The position numbers and the translations under genes are program-made. Below the pieces are notes generated by a model that was given only the letters and a program-made list of their open reading frames with translations, had not been told where the DNA came from and made no database searches. Source: an uncultured Roseibacillus sp. (GTDB lineage: Bacteria > Verrucomicrobiota > Verrucomicrobiia > Verrucomicrobiales > Akkermansiaceae). From it: a DNA stretch of 58,767 nucleotides. Positions 39,279 to 48,977 of the stretch are shown here, in pieces. Each line of letters starts with the position of its first letter. Position 1 is the first letter of the stretch. Where the stretch lies: contig CAXEFH010000001.1 of the NCBI GenBank assembly GCA_963989605.1, positions 1 to 58,767 of the forward strand, given 5' to 3'.

Positions 39279-40484
39279 TCAATGTCCATGCCCATCGTGA
39301 GAATGAGGCAGGTTCAGAGCATGGGCCGCCTCGTGCTCGACGTGGTGGTAGATTTCGCGGATGGGCGTTCCGCTTTCGGCCGCCGCTTCGCGGCAGTCTT
39401 CGTATTCCGGAGTCACGCGAGATTTCCCGCCAGGCAGAGAGGCGATCTTGACGCGAATCTTGCCGAACTTGGTGGCCACTACTTCGCTACGACGCGGCAG
39501 TGAATTTCGTTGAACCTCCTGCCTGCGCACGCCCAGGGTAGAACTTTCATGGAAGAGAAGGTGCTCAAGGGAGTCGGCATGTTGAGGCCTCGAAAGAACC
39601 TGAAGAAGTATGCCGGGGCGCCCCTTCTTCATCTGCGCGGGAATGACTGAGACGTCGAGGGCGCCTGCCGCCATCAGGTTCTGAGACAGATGCCCCACCA
39701 GTTCCGGAGACTCATCATCCAGATTCGTTTCCAGCTGCACCAAGGTCTCCGTCAACAGACTGGAACTTCCTGCCGCATCGCCGACGATAAGGCGCAGGAC
39801 GTTGGGGATTTCCAGATCATTTGAACCCGCTCCGTAGCCAATTGACTTGAGCGCCATGGGTGGGATTGGCCCGAACCCATCTGCGACCTCTGAAAGAACG
39901 GCGGCTCCGGTAGGGGTTACCAGCTCCGCATCGATGGGAGTCCCCACGACAGGACACCCTTTCATGAGAGCGAGGGCGGCCGGAGCAGGAAGTGGGATCT
40001 GCCCATGTGCCCCGGTGACAAACCCACGACCAAGGGGAAACGGCGAGACCTGAATCTGCTCGATGCCCATGGCCTCAAGGCCGGCAAGGGTACCACAGAC
40101 GTCTACAATGGCATCGACCCCACCCACCTCGTGGAGGTGGACCTTGTCGACTGTGGAATCGTGAATTGCTGCCTCTGCCTCGCAGATCCGGGTAAATATC
40201 CGGGTGGCGGTCTCCTTCACGTGGTCTGACAGGGAGCTGTCATCAACGACCTTGCGAATGTCAGCCAGGTGGCGCTCAGGGGTATCGTCGTGGACGTGGA
40301 CGTCTACCTTTACCGCGCTGAAGGCATTTTTGGAGACCCTTCCAATATGAAGATGGAAGTCTTTCAGGCGAAGCTTGGAGAGCTCGGCCTCAAGCTGATC
40401 ACCGGGGAGCCCGGCATCCACGAGAGCTCCAAGCATCATGTCTCCGCTTGCTCCTGCAATACAGTCAAAGTAGGCCGTGCGCAT
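39279..40484 (-). CDS. larC: nickel-pincer cofactor biosynthesis protein LarC (DUF111 nickel insertase)
   Basis: N-terminus MRTAYFDCIAGASGDMMLGALVDAG and a His-rich C-terminus (PHSHDGHGH). The ATG at 40484 is preferred over the TTG at 40526. Confidence 0.88.
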   Translation of the reverse strand: MRTAYFDCIAGASGDMMLGALVDAGLPGDQLEAELSKLRLKDFHLHIGRVSKNAFSAVKVDVHVHDDTPERHLADIRKVVDDSSLSDHVKETATRIFTRICEAEAAIHDSTVDKVHLHEVGGVDAIVDVCGTLAGLEAMGIEQIQVSPFPLGRGFVTGAHGQIPLPAPAALALMKGCPVVGTPIDAELVTPTGAAVLSEVADGFGPIPPMALKSIGYGAGSNDLEIPNVLRLIVGDAAGSSSLLTETLVQLETNLDDESPELVGHLSQNLMAAGALDVSVIPAQMKKGRPGILLQVLSRPQHADSLEHLLFHESSTLGVRRQEVQRNSLPRRSEVVATKFGKIRVKIASLPGGKSRVTPEYEDCREAAAESGTPIREIYHHVEHEAAHALNLPHSHDGHGH

Positions 40485-40522
40485 GGGGGGATTGGAAAGG
40501 GTATCGGGGCTGAATGAAAGCC

Positions 40523-41287
40523 TCAACAGGCTCCTTTCTCCCTCGGGAGGAGGATGGAACTGGCTACCATGGCGGCACCAAATCCGTTATCAATGTTGAC
40601 TACTGAGACCCCGGAAGCACAGGAGGAGAGCATTGCATGAAGGGCGGCTTCGCCACCTCTCGAGACTCCGTAACCCACGCTCGTCGGGACCCCTATGACC
40701 GGGCATGCGACCAACCCACCAATCACACTTGTCAGTGCGCCTTCCATCCCCGCAACGCTTACCACCACTCCTGCTCCCCGGAGCGTTTCCAGCTTATCCA
40801 AAAGACGATGTAAGCCGGCTACCCCAACGTCCGTAAGGCGCTCTACCCGGTGACCCAGAAACTCAAGAGTCTGGGAAGCTTCCTCTGCCACCGGCAAATC
40901 CGAGGTGCCAGCACAAGCAACGACCGCATAGGGCTGAGCCTTTGGTTCTGGGCGCTCCCCGAGGGTAAGGAGGCGTGAAAGGCCGTTATAGCGGGCTTCC
41001 GGAAGTGATTGCTCCACGATGCGGGCCTTGCGCCGGGAGACTCTGGTAGCGAGTGCTCGTTGATGATTCTGGAAGATCCTGTCGAGGATTTCAACCAGTT
41101 GCTCTCCACCCTTCCCTGCTCCGAAGACGACTTCGGGGGCGCCTTGTCGTAGCTCCCGGTGAGTATCGACGATCGTATGTCCCAACTCCTGAAAGGGGAG
41201 ATCGCGCAACACCTCCAGCGCCTCATCAGTTGTCACTTCACCGGCTGCGACCTGTGTGAGTAGTTGCTGGATCCGTTCGGGGTTCAT
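40523..41287 (-). CDS. larB: nickel-pincer cofactor biosynthesis protein LarB (PurE-like carboxylase/hydrolase)
   Basis: PurE-like C-terminal half (VVACAGTSDLPVAEEA, VAGMEGALTSVIGGL) with a LarB-type N-terminal extension. The start overlaps the larE stop (ATGA). Confidence 0.85.
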   Translation of the reverse strand: MNPERIQQLLTQVAAGEVTTDEALEVLRDLPFQELGHTIVDTHRELRQGAPEVVFGAGKGGEQLVEILDRIFQNHQRALATRVSRRKARIVEQSLPEARYNGLSRLLTLGERPEPKAQPYAVVACAGTSDLPVAEEASQTLEFLGHRVERLTDVGVAGLHRLLDKLETLRGAGVVVSVAGMEGALTSVIGGLVACPVIGVPTSVGYGVSRGGEAALHAMLSSCASGVSVVNIDNGFGAAMVASSILLPREKGAC

Positions 41288-42087
41288 TTTTTCCTGAGGA
41301 CATCATTCATGCTCCCCGAGCGAAATCCCGCAAGGTCAAGGGTGGCATATGGGAACCCTGCTTCCTTCATTGCGGTTGTGATCTGGTCACTGTGCTCCAC
41401 GGCTCTGGCCAGCTCGTTCTGGCTTACCTCGATCCGGGCGATCTGGTCGTGATGCCGCACTCGAAGCTCGCGAAACCCCAGCACCCGAAGCGCGGCTTCA
41501 GCCTTTTCCACCTGGGCCAGTTTTTCGGGAGTGACTTCAGAGCCATAAGGAACTCTGGAGGAGAGGCAGGCGTTGGCGGGCCGGTTCCAATTTGAAAGCC
41601 CAAGCTGTCTTGCCCATTCGCGGATCTCTTTTTTACCTATTCCCGCCTCTTGAAGGGGACTGCGAACCCCGTGCTCTCGTGCGGCCCGTAAGCCGGGCCT
41701 GTGATCTCCGATATCGTCCGCATTAGTACCATCGAGGATCCAGGCGAAGTCTTCGGCCTTCGCATAGTCGATCAGGCACTGATAGACGTTGGTCTTGCAG
41801 AAATAGCAGCGCGTGGAATCGTTGCGGCGGTAGCGGGGATCTTCTGTTTCCCGGCTATGAACCAGCTCGTGGGAGACCCCGATCTCGGCCGCAATATTCC
41901 GAGCGGCCTCAAGGTCGCTCTGGGCCAGACTCGGGGACACTGCGGTAATGGCCACCGCGTTGGCACCGAGTTGCTCATGGGCGACTCTCAGGACGAGAGT
42001 ACTATCGATCCCTCCAGAGAAGGCGACAAGGACACGCTCGAAATCTCTGATGATTTTTGAGGCCGTGAGCCGGGAGGAATCTTTCAT
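41284..42087 (-). CDS. larE: ATP-dependent sacrificial sulfur transferase LarE (PP-loop)
   Basis: PP-loop VAFSGGIDSTL about 20 aa after the Met at 42087, and a conserved Cys region (ANACLSSRVPYG). The ORF extension to 42351 is not protein-like. Confidence 0.85.
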   Translation of the reverse strand: MKDSSRLTASKIIRDFERVLVAFSGGIDSTLVLRVAHEQLGANAVAITAVSPSLAQSDLEAARNIAAEIGVSHELVHSRETEDPRYRRNDSTRCYFCKTNVYQCLIDYAKAEDFAWILDGTNADDIGDHRPGLRAAREHGVRSPLQEAGIGKKEIREWARQLGLSNWNRPANACLSSRVPYGSEVTPEKLAQVEKAEAALRVLGFRELRVRHHDQIARIEVSQNELARAVEHSDQITTAMKEAGFPYATLDLAGFRSGSMNDVLRKK

Positions 42088-42438
42088 GTGCAGACCATTG
42101 CGGCCTGCCCTTACGCAAAGGCATGCAGAGCCATTCGGCAAGGCGGCAAGCGGCCAAAGAGGGGTTTTTCCAATCGAGTAGCGGAAATATGCGGAAAGGA
42201 GAGAGTCTTGGGCGGGGTCCCTCGACCCTTTTGCCTCGACAGGCGGAGTACGGCGTGCAAACCCTGCCGGCCGTGAACACGTGGACACCAGCACCTCTTC
42301 TTCTTGTGCGACTCGGACGCTAGTCCGTTCCTCTTTGTATTGGTCCAGCAATTGTATCCCGGTTCCCGGGACGAACTGCGTCCGATGCGTTTACCAAGAC
42401 CGCACTAAAAGATAATTATCAGCCAATTCATTCTGATC

Positions 42439-44127
42439 ATGAACACAGACAAGATCCGGAAGTATCAGCCCTTCCCCGAAGTAGGGCTGGCGGACCGCCA
42501 ATGGCCCGACCGGACAATTACCTCGGCGCCGGTCTGGTGTTCCGTGGATCTGAGGGATGGGAATCAGGCTCTTCCGGTGCCAATGAGTGTGGATGAGAAA
42601 CTCGAGATGTTTGAGATGCTGGTGGAAATCGGGTTCACCCAGATTGAGGTGGGATTCCCCTCGGCTTCAGAAACGGAATTCAATTTCCTTCGACGCCTTA
42701 TTGAGGAGGGCCTGATTCCGGATGGCGTCAAGGTGCAGGTTCTTGTGCAGGCCCGCGAACATCTGATCCGGAGGACATTTGAAGCGATCGAGGGCGCCAA
42801 GAATGTGATTGTCCATATGTATAATTCGACCTCTCCACTGCAGAGGCGGGTTACATTTGGAGATGCCAGCAGGGAGGAGATCAGGCAAATGGCGGTGGAT
42901 GGCGCCCTGATGGTCAGGGAATTGATTCCAACGGTGCCGGGTACGACCGTAGACCTCGAGTATTCTCCGGAGTCGTTTTCAGACACGGAACTCGATTTTG
43001 CTCTCGAGGTGTGCGAGGCGGTCATGGATGTATGGGGGCCGACCCCCGAGAAACCGGTCATCCTGAATCTCCCTGCCACCGTTGAGTGGGCGACCCCAAA
43101 CGTCCATGCGGACCAGATCGAGTGGTTCTGTCGAAATGTGAGCGAGCGAGAGCGGGTCCAGATTTCGCTTCATACTCACAACGACAGGGGAACCGGGATT
43201 GCGGCGACAGAGCTCGGCCTGCTGGCCGGGGCCGACCGGGTGGAGGGGACGCTGTTCGGCAATGGGGAACGGACCGGCAACCTGGATATCGTGGTTGCGG
43301 CCCTGAACATGAACAGCCATGGGATCGCAACGGGCCTCGATTTCACGGATCTGCCCAGAATCCGGGAAGTATATGAGCGCACCACGCGGATGGAGGTGCC
43401 CGATCGCCAGCCTTACGCAGGGGAGCTTGTCTTCACCGCGTTCTCCGGCAGTCATCAGGATGCTATCAAGAAGGGTTTTGACCGGCGCCGGAGTGATATC
43501 GCCGCGGGCAATGGGTCTCCTGTGAAGTGGGGCGTTCCCTACCTTACAATTGATCCTGAGGATATTGGGCGGAGTTATGAGGCCATCATTCGGATTAACT
43601 CTCAGTCCGGTAAGGGGGGGGTGGCATATATTCTTGATAGGGAGTACGGTTTCGACCTGCCCAAGACCATGCATCCCCAGGTTGGCAAGCAGGTGTATGA
43701 TCTTGCCGATCAGCTTGGCAGGGAACTGAATCCTGCTGAAGTGAAGGATGCGTTCTTCGAGTATTTTGCAAACGTGGTGCAGCCCCTCGAGGTAGTCAGC
43801 TACGAGCTTGAGCAGGAGGCTGGGCAACGAGGGACAGTCCGTTGCCGTGCTGAAGTTCTCTTTGAAGAGGAACGGCGGGCCATTGCCGGGATCGGGAACG
43901 GCCCGATCAATGCTTTTGTCCATGCGCTTGAGGAAGACGGGCGGAAGGACTTTGCCCTCACGGACTACCGGTCCCATGCTCTTCGGGACGGTTCGAGCTC
44001 GGATGCCGCAGCCTACGTGCAGCTTAAGCGTGACGACGGCCTGCTGGTCTGGGGTGCGGGCATCGATCCCTCAATTGAAATGGCGGGTCTCAAGGCGCTT
44101 GTCAGTGCCTGGAATCTGCTGAGGTGA
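42439..44127 (+). CDS. leuA: 2-isopropylmalate synthase (long form)
   Basis: DLRDGNQA and HTHNDRGTGIA motifs. 562 aa with a C-terminal LeuA regulatory domain. Confidence 0.95.
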   Translation: MNTDKIRKYQPFPEVGLADRQWPDRTITSAPVWCSVDLRDGNQALPVPMSVDEKLEMFEMLVEIGFTQIEVGFPSASETEFNFLRRLIEEGLIPDGVKVQVLVQAREHLIRRTFEAIEGAKNVIVHMYNSTSPLQRRVTFGDASREEIRQMAVDGALMVRELIPTVPGTTVDLEYSPESFSDTELDFALEVCEAVMDVWGPTPEKPVILNLPATVEWATPNVHADQIEWFCRNVSERERVQISLHTHNDRGTGIAATELGLLAGADRVEGTLFGNGERTGNLDIVVAALNMNSHGIATGLDFTDLPRIREVYERTTRMEVPDRQPYAGELVFTAFSGSHQDAIKKGFDRRRSDIAAGNGSPVKWGVPYLTIDPEDIGRSYEAIIRINSQSGKGGVAYILDREYGFDLPKTMHPQVGKQVYDLADQLGRELNPAEVKDAFFEYFANVVQPLEVVSYELEQEAGQRGTVRCRAEVLFEEERRAIAGIGNGPINAFVHALEEDGRKDFALTDYRSHALRDGSSSDAAAYVQLKRDDGLLVWGAGIDPSIEMAGLKALVSAWNLLR

Positions 44128-44144
44128 TATCGCCGTGTTCCGGG

Positions 44145-44861
44145 TTACCAGATCCCGAGTTCCCGGAGCTGCGCTTCGGCAGTTCCAGCCCAATCCCTGT
44201 TGGCGGCGGGTGAGGCTGGGCTTGGATGCAGGATTCTTCCCACTACGGGCCCGGGGTCCAGCCTCTCTGCGATGCCTGCCAGCTGCTTCTCAGCGTAGGC
44301 CCCAACGCCGATCAGGTATTTGGGCTTGAGGACTTCAATGATGGTCTCGAGATGGCTCAGGCAGGCATCGTCCACTGGCTTCATGGCATTCGCAGGAATC
44401 TTGTCAGGGGTGAGGTTTGCTCCGGTTTCCTTCATCCAGACCAGAGGGCAGTAATTAGCTACGAAGTGATCTTTGAAAAATGCATCAGGGTCAGGGAACC
44501 GTTCCGCAAAAAGCCCCCAGAGACGGCGGCCACTGACTTCCGAGCGCTCACACGCGAATCCGGTTATGGGGCGCTTTGGGTGCTCTGGCTCAGGCTGTCC
44601 CACATGCCCTGAGATTCCCATCCAGTCGCGCACTGCCGGGATCTCTCCGAAGGGAATACCTGTCTGTGCCATCCCGAAGGGACCGGGATTCATTCCCAGA
44701 AGAAGAATGTCCTTGGGGCCGTGGCCGAACCGCGTGAGGTATTCGCAGTGACGCTCCCACGCATATTCCAGGGGATTGTAGGTATGTGTAACGGGAACTG
44801 GAAAGGAAAGCGGGCGCAGAGCCCTGCGGAGCTGGTCGGCAGCTTTGATGAGCAGGGACAC
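44145..44861 (-). CDS. SMUG1-type (family 3) uracil-DNA glycosylase
   Basis: Motif 1 GMNPGPFGMAQTGIPFG and motif 2 HPSPASP, matching the SMUG1 signature. Confidence 0.85.
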   Translation of the reverse strand: MSLLIKAADQLRRALRPLSFPVPVTHTYNPLEYAWERHCEYLTRFGHGPKDILLLGMNPGPFGMAQTGIPFGEIPAVRDWMGISGHVGQPEPEHPKRPITGFACERSEVSGRRLWGLFAERFPDPDAFFKDHFVANYCPLVWMKETGANLTPDKIPANAMKPVDDACLSHLETIIEVLKPKYLIGVGAYAEKQLAGIAERLDPGPVVGRILHPSPASPAANRDWAGTAEAQLRELGIW

Positions 44862-45131
44862 GGAGTCGAGATTGGGTGGTCAAAGGAAGAAGTCCAGAGA
44901 AGATGCGGCCTCCCAATGGGTATTCGAGAACTGATATGGGTGCGAAGCAATGGGGGCTCCTCGCGACAGGGGGCTGGCGCATGGTAGCGTAAGGCCGTCG
45001 AGGGTAATCATGATTGCATGGTGATCGACATGGGATGATAGGATGACTTGACATGAGCCCCGGCACGGCTTCAAGAAATCAACTCGCGGGTGCTCGATCC
45101 TGGATTGCTGCCCCCGGATGCTCTTTTCATC

Positions 45132-46829
45132 ATGCAAGTCTTCGACTCCCGTTTCTTACCTGCAACATTCGCGCTTTGCCTTCTCCAGTTCCTGTTTGGC
45201 CCCCGAGCGGAGGCTGAGCAGAAGCTGCGAATGCCAAACATATTTGGAGACCAGATGGTCCTGCAGAGAGATAAACCCATCCGTATCTGGGGCTGGGCTG
45301 GGGCGGAATGTCCCGTTGTGGTTTCCTTCGCGGGACAAAGTCAGTCCACTGCCGCGGACAGAGACGGGAAGTGGGAAGTTTTACTACAGGCTTTGCCGGC
45401 TCATTCCTCAGGCCAGGCGTTCACGGTAAAGAGTCGGGAGGAGGTCCTTTCCTTCAAGGATGTGCTTGTTGGAGATGTGTGGCTCTGTGGTGGCCAGAGC
45501 AACATGGAGTGGCGCTTGCGGGGCTCGCGAGATGCCGACCTTGAGATTCCATCTTCAAATTATCCGGGGCTTCGTTTTATCCGGATCAGACCAGGGGGCT
45601 CACCGGCCCCGCAGGACAATTTTCCAAAGGAAAAGGGAGAGGGTGCGTGGCTTCCATGTAGTCCGGAAACGGCCGGCGATTGTTCCGGGGTGGCCTATTT
45701 CTTCGGACAGCGGCTTCATCGCCACCTCAACGTGCCGATTGGTCTCATTAATGCAGCCTGGGGAGGGACGATGGCGCAGCACTGGGTGAGCCGGGAGACT
45801 CTGGAGACCCTGCCAGCCGCGCAGACCTATCTTGGAGACTATGACAGGAAGTGCAGGGAATGGGTCGATGGGGGACGGGAAGAGGGGGCCTCCAAGCGCT
45901 TTACCCTTGCCCAAGAGCAATGGCAGGCACTGGCCGAGGATGCACGAAAGCGGGGTGATAAGGATCCACCGGGGAAACCGAATCGTAGAGACTACCAGAA
46001 TCCGGCCGAGGGCCGCATCCCGGCCGGCCCGCTCAATGCCATGATCATGCCTTTGGCCGGTCTCAATCTTCGAGGGGTGCTGTTTTATCAGGGAGAGAAT
46101 AATTCCTTCGGGGACGCCTGGATTCCCTTCAGGGAGACCTTTCCCGCGGTAGTCTCTGATTGGCGGAGGCTATTTCGGAACAACGACCTTCCTTTCGGCA
46201 TGATCCAGATTGCGGGGTGGAGCACCCGGCGATCCATGACCTACGATATGAATCATCACACGAATGTTGTTCGGGAAGTGCAATTCAACACCTGGCGTTC
46301 TACTTCCAATACGGGGTTGATTGTCAGCTTCGATGCTAACAGCAACAGCAGTATTCATCCGGGTAGGAAGTATCCGGTGGGTGACCGGGCGGCCCGCTGG
46401 GCTCTCTCAGAAGTCCATGGCGTAATGGATGACGCCCGTAGGAAGCCGTTGCAATGGCGTGGCCCAGTCTATGAATCCATGAAAAAGGAAAAAGACAGGA
46501 TCCATATCGCGTTTGAAGAGGGAAGTGACGAGGGGCTCAGGCTGGAACGAGCTGACGCCAGAGGCTTCTATATCGCCGGGAGAGATAAGATTTTTCATCA
46601 TGCGGAAGCCCGGGTCATTGCTGCCCGCGATGCTCCTCCCCAGGTAGAGGTCTGGTCCGATGATGTTCCCGATCCCGTCGCGGTGCGATACGCGTGGTCA
46701 AATCTGCCACTGGGATCCCTGATGAATGGAAAGGAACTGCCGGCCTACCCTTTCCGCACGGACACATGGCCTTTGAAACCTCATTATGGTGAAGCACTTT
46801 ACGAGATAGCTCCCGGGGACGAGGGCTGA
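45132..46829 (+). CDS. sialate O-acetylesterase-like SGNH hydrolase
   Basis: Signal peptide from the ATG at 45132. FGDQMVLQRDKPIRIWGWA and VWLCGGQSNMEW hallmark motifs. Confidence 0.85.
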   Translation: MQVFDSRFLPATFALCLLQFLFGPRAEAEQKLRMPNIFGDQMVLQRDKPIRIWGWAGAECPVVVSFAGQSQSTAADRDGKWEVLLQALPAHSSGQAFTVKSREEVLSFKDVLVGDVWLCGGQSNMEWRLRGSRDADLEIPSSNYPGLRFIRIRPGGSPAPQDNFPKEKGEGAWLPCSPETAGDCSGVAYFFGQRLHRHLNVPIGLINAAWGGTMAQHWVSRETLETLPAAQTYLGDYDRKCREWVDGGREEGASKRFTLAQEQWQALAEDARKRGDKDPPGKPNRRDYQNPAEGRIPAGPLNAMIMPLAGLNLRGVLFYQGENNSFGDAWIPFRETFPAVVSDWRRLFRNNDLPFGMIQIAGWSTRRSMTYDMNHHTNVVREVQFNTWRSTSNTGLIVSFDANSNSSIHPGRKYPVGDRAARWALSEVHGVMDDARRKPLQWRGPVYESMKKEKDRIHIAFEEGSDEGLRLERADARGFYIAGRDKIFHHAEARVIAARDAPPQVEVWSDDVPDPVAVRYAWSNLPLGSLMNGKELPAYPFRTDTWPLKPHYGEALYEIAPGDEG

Positions 46830-46845
46830 CATCCGGGAGAACGCC

Positions 46846-47916
46846 ATGGCCCTCAGCACCTCCAACGTCCATTTTCTTCCGGTCACAGGGAGTAGGCTGG
46901 TTGGGATCTTACTCCTCGGGCTTTGTGGGGTTACGTCGGCGAATGAGGCTTCGGTCGTAAATACGGTTCTGGCATTCCAGCGGAATTCCGGGGGCTGGCC
47001 GAAGAACTATGACCGGAAGCGCAACCTGAACCGCCGTGAGCAGCAGGAGCTCCTTGAGCAACGTTCCCAGCGTGACACGACGATCGATAACGGAGCCACC
47101 TATACCGAAATCCGCCTTCTGGCCTCTGCGCTTCCGGGCGCACAGGCACAGGATATCAAGGTAGCAGCTTTGCGGGGAATTGAATACCTGCTGTCGGGCC
47201 AGATGGATAATGGAGGGTGGCCTCAGCGGTTTCCGGATGGCCGGGGCTACGCCGGACAGTTGACCTTCAATGACAATGCGATGATCGGAGTGATGAACCT
47301 GTTGAAGGATATCGTTGACGAGAAGCCTCTGTTCCGTTTTGTGCCGGCCCATCTGCGACAGCGCTGCGCGGGGGCGTTGGACCGGGGGATCTCGTGTATC
47401 CTGAGGTGCCAGGTAATTGTGGAAGGAGTTCCGACGAGTTGGTGCGCCCAGCACGATCGCCACACCCTCGCTCCGTGTCGGGGCAGATCTTATGAGCTTC
47501 CGTCCCTCAGCGGCATGGAATCGGTCGGGATCGTACGCTTTCTGATGCGAATCGAGAGTCCCGATGAACCGGTGAAGCGAGCGATTAGAAGTGCAGTTGC
47601 ATGGTTCAAGCGCGTAGAATTACGAGGTATTCGCGTGGAGCGAAAAATCGAGGAGGGTCAACCGGGCGGGATGGATACCGTCGTAGTAAGGGACCCTCGT
47701 GCGCCCTCAATTTGGGCCCGGTTCTATGACCTGCATTCGAATCAGCCCATTTTCTCGAGTCGTGATGGTGTCCCGAGAGCGAACCTGGCAGAGATTTCGC
47801 ATGAGAGGCGGAATGGATATTCATGGCTGGGCCCCTATGCGCGGGTTCTTCTCGACGAGGATCTTCCCAGATGGCGCGCGCGAAACACAGCTGGCGCCCA
47901 CGGAACGGTCAAGTAG
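46846..47916 (+). CDS. pectate lyase, PelA/Pel-15E (PL10) family
   Basis: Signal peptide. FQRNSGGWPKNYD and TIDNGATYTEIRLLA motifs typical of PL10. Confidence 0.78.
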   Translation: MALSTSNVHFLPVTGSRLVGILLLGLCGVTSANEASVVNTVLAFQRNSGGWPKNYDRKRNLNRREQQELLEQRSQRDTTIDNGATYTEIRLLASALPGAQAQDIKVAALRGIEYLLSGQMDNGGWPQRFPDGRGYAGQLTFNDNAMIGVMNLLKDIVDEKPLFRFVPAHLRQRCAGALDRGISCILRCQVIVEGVPTSWCAQHDRHTLAPCRGRSYELPSLSGMESVGIVRFLMRIESPDEPVKRAIRSAVAWFKRVELRGIRVERKIEEGQPGGMDTVVVRDPRAPSIWARFYDLHSNQPIFSSRDGVPRANLAEISHERRNGYSWLGPYARVLLDEDLPRWRARNTAGAHGTVK

Positions 47917-47925
47917 TGAGCGGCT

Positions 47926-48966
47926 TCAGCTGCCCCGGCCTTGCGACTCGGTCTTTTGGCTGAGCCGCTTGTTCCAGTATTGAATGTCTGCCTGCCTGAG
48001 AGCTTTGATGAGAGAGTGGGTCTTTTCCATCTCAGACCTTCTCGGAGCGGGAAAGAGCTGCCAGCGGCTATTTTCGATCATTGCGCGCCGGATAGCTTCG
48101 TAATTCTCAAGCATGAGGTCGAGGCGGCTGAGGTAGAAGCGGACGAAGTTCAGGTCCGGATCCGGATCTTCCGACAGCAGTTGCAGGCAATCATGGGCGG
48201 CAGAGGCCCCGGTAATCATTGCTGGTGCCTCGGCGGGAAAGTCCCAGCAGTAGTGCTGGGTTTGATGGGCCAGACGACGGGCTTCGCCCCGGCGGTCCCG
48301 GATGACCAACCCCTCTCCGGCCTGTCCTTCCACTCTTGCGAGTGCCTCGCTTTTAAAAAGAAAATAGGCTCCGTAAGCCGAAGGGTTCCGGGGATCCATT
48401 TCGTAGCCAACCGCAAGCCGCTTCTCCGTCTCCCCCATAATGTAGGCCTTGTGGCGAGGAGATTCGGCGGTTCGATTCGTTCTCGAGTTGTAGGCAGTAC
48501 GCATGGCCTCAATCCTGTCGAGGAGGAAGGGCCGGAGGCCTGGGAACGTTTTGGTGGTATCTGCGGTGCTGAGGTCTCTGCCATGCTGGTGTTCCTCCTC
48601 TTCAAGCAGGCTGGCGAGATAATCGAGGTCCGCGTCTTCCCCGGCTTTTATTCCCGCCTCGTCATCGCGGCTATGATCATGGCCAAGCTCGTGGCTGTGG
48701 CCGTGGGAGTGACCGTGAGAATGATCGTGAGAGTGCTCTTCTCCTGGAGGATGCTCGTGTGGTTCTCCCCTGTGCCAGTAGACGTCCACCGGGCCGCGCA
48801 TGGCGAGCGAAAGAGTCCGCCCGAAAGGGCTTTGTTTCAGGTGCAGGGGATTATGGCCCTTGGCGAAGTGGCCTGCGCTGTAGAGGCGGCTGCTCTGGAG
48901 CCCCCATGCTGCCAGCCCGGCGATCAAGAAACCTGCCTGAAGATAACGGACATTTAAGTGGGCCAT
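47926..48966 (-). CDS. membrane-anchored His-rich protein, hypothetical
   Basis: N-terminal TM helix (YLQAGFLIAGLAAWGL), His-rich tract HEHPPGEEHSHDHSHGHSHGHSHELGHDH, then a ~220-aa helical domain. It starts 12 nt downstream of the permease gene on the same strand. Confidence 0.6.
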   Translation of the reverse strand: MAHLNVRYLQAGFLIAGLAAWGLQSSRLYSAGHFAKGHNPLHLKQSPFGRTLSLAMRGPVDVYWHRGEPHEHPPGEEHSHDHSHGHSHGHSHELGHDHSRDDEAGIKAGEDADLDYLASLLEEEEHQHGRDLSTADTTKTFPGLRPFLLDRIEAMRTAYNSRTNRTAESPRHKAYIMGETEKRLAVGYEMDPRNPSAYGAYFLFKSEALARVEGQAGEGLVIRDRRGEARRLAHQTQHYCWDFPAEAPAMITGASAAHDCLQLLSEDPDPDLNFVRFYLSRLDLMLENYEAIRRAMIENSRWQLFPAPRRSEMEKTHSLIKALRQADIQYWNKRLSQKTESQGRGS

Positions 48967-48977
48967 CGCTACACAGT

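Noticed and set aside
42088-42438. 351-bp larE/leuA divergent intergenic region examined for a leucine leader, T-box or sRNA
   Set aside because: I saw only short 5-bp hairpins (CCCGG-TTC-CCGGG, GGGTC-CCTC-GACCC) and a GGCAAG duplication. I did not recognise a leader peptide with Leu codons or a T-box specifier/antiterminator. This is insufficient evidence.
47941-48957. 338-aa plus-strand ORF mirroring the His-rich protein gene
   Set aside because: The minus-strand reading fits the operon (12 nt after the permease gene, with an N-terminal TM helix and a His tract). The plus-strand product is Val/Arg/Gly-rich with no recognisable features.
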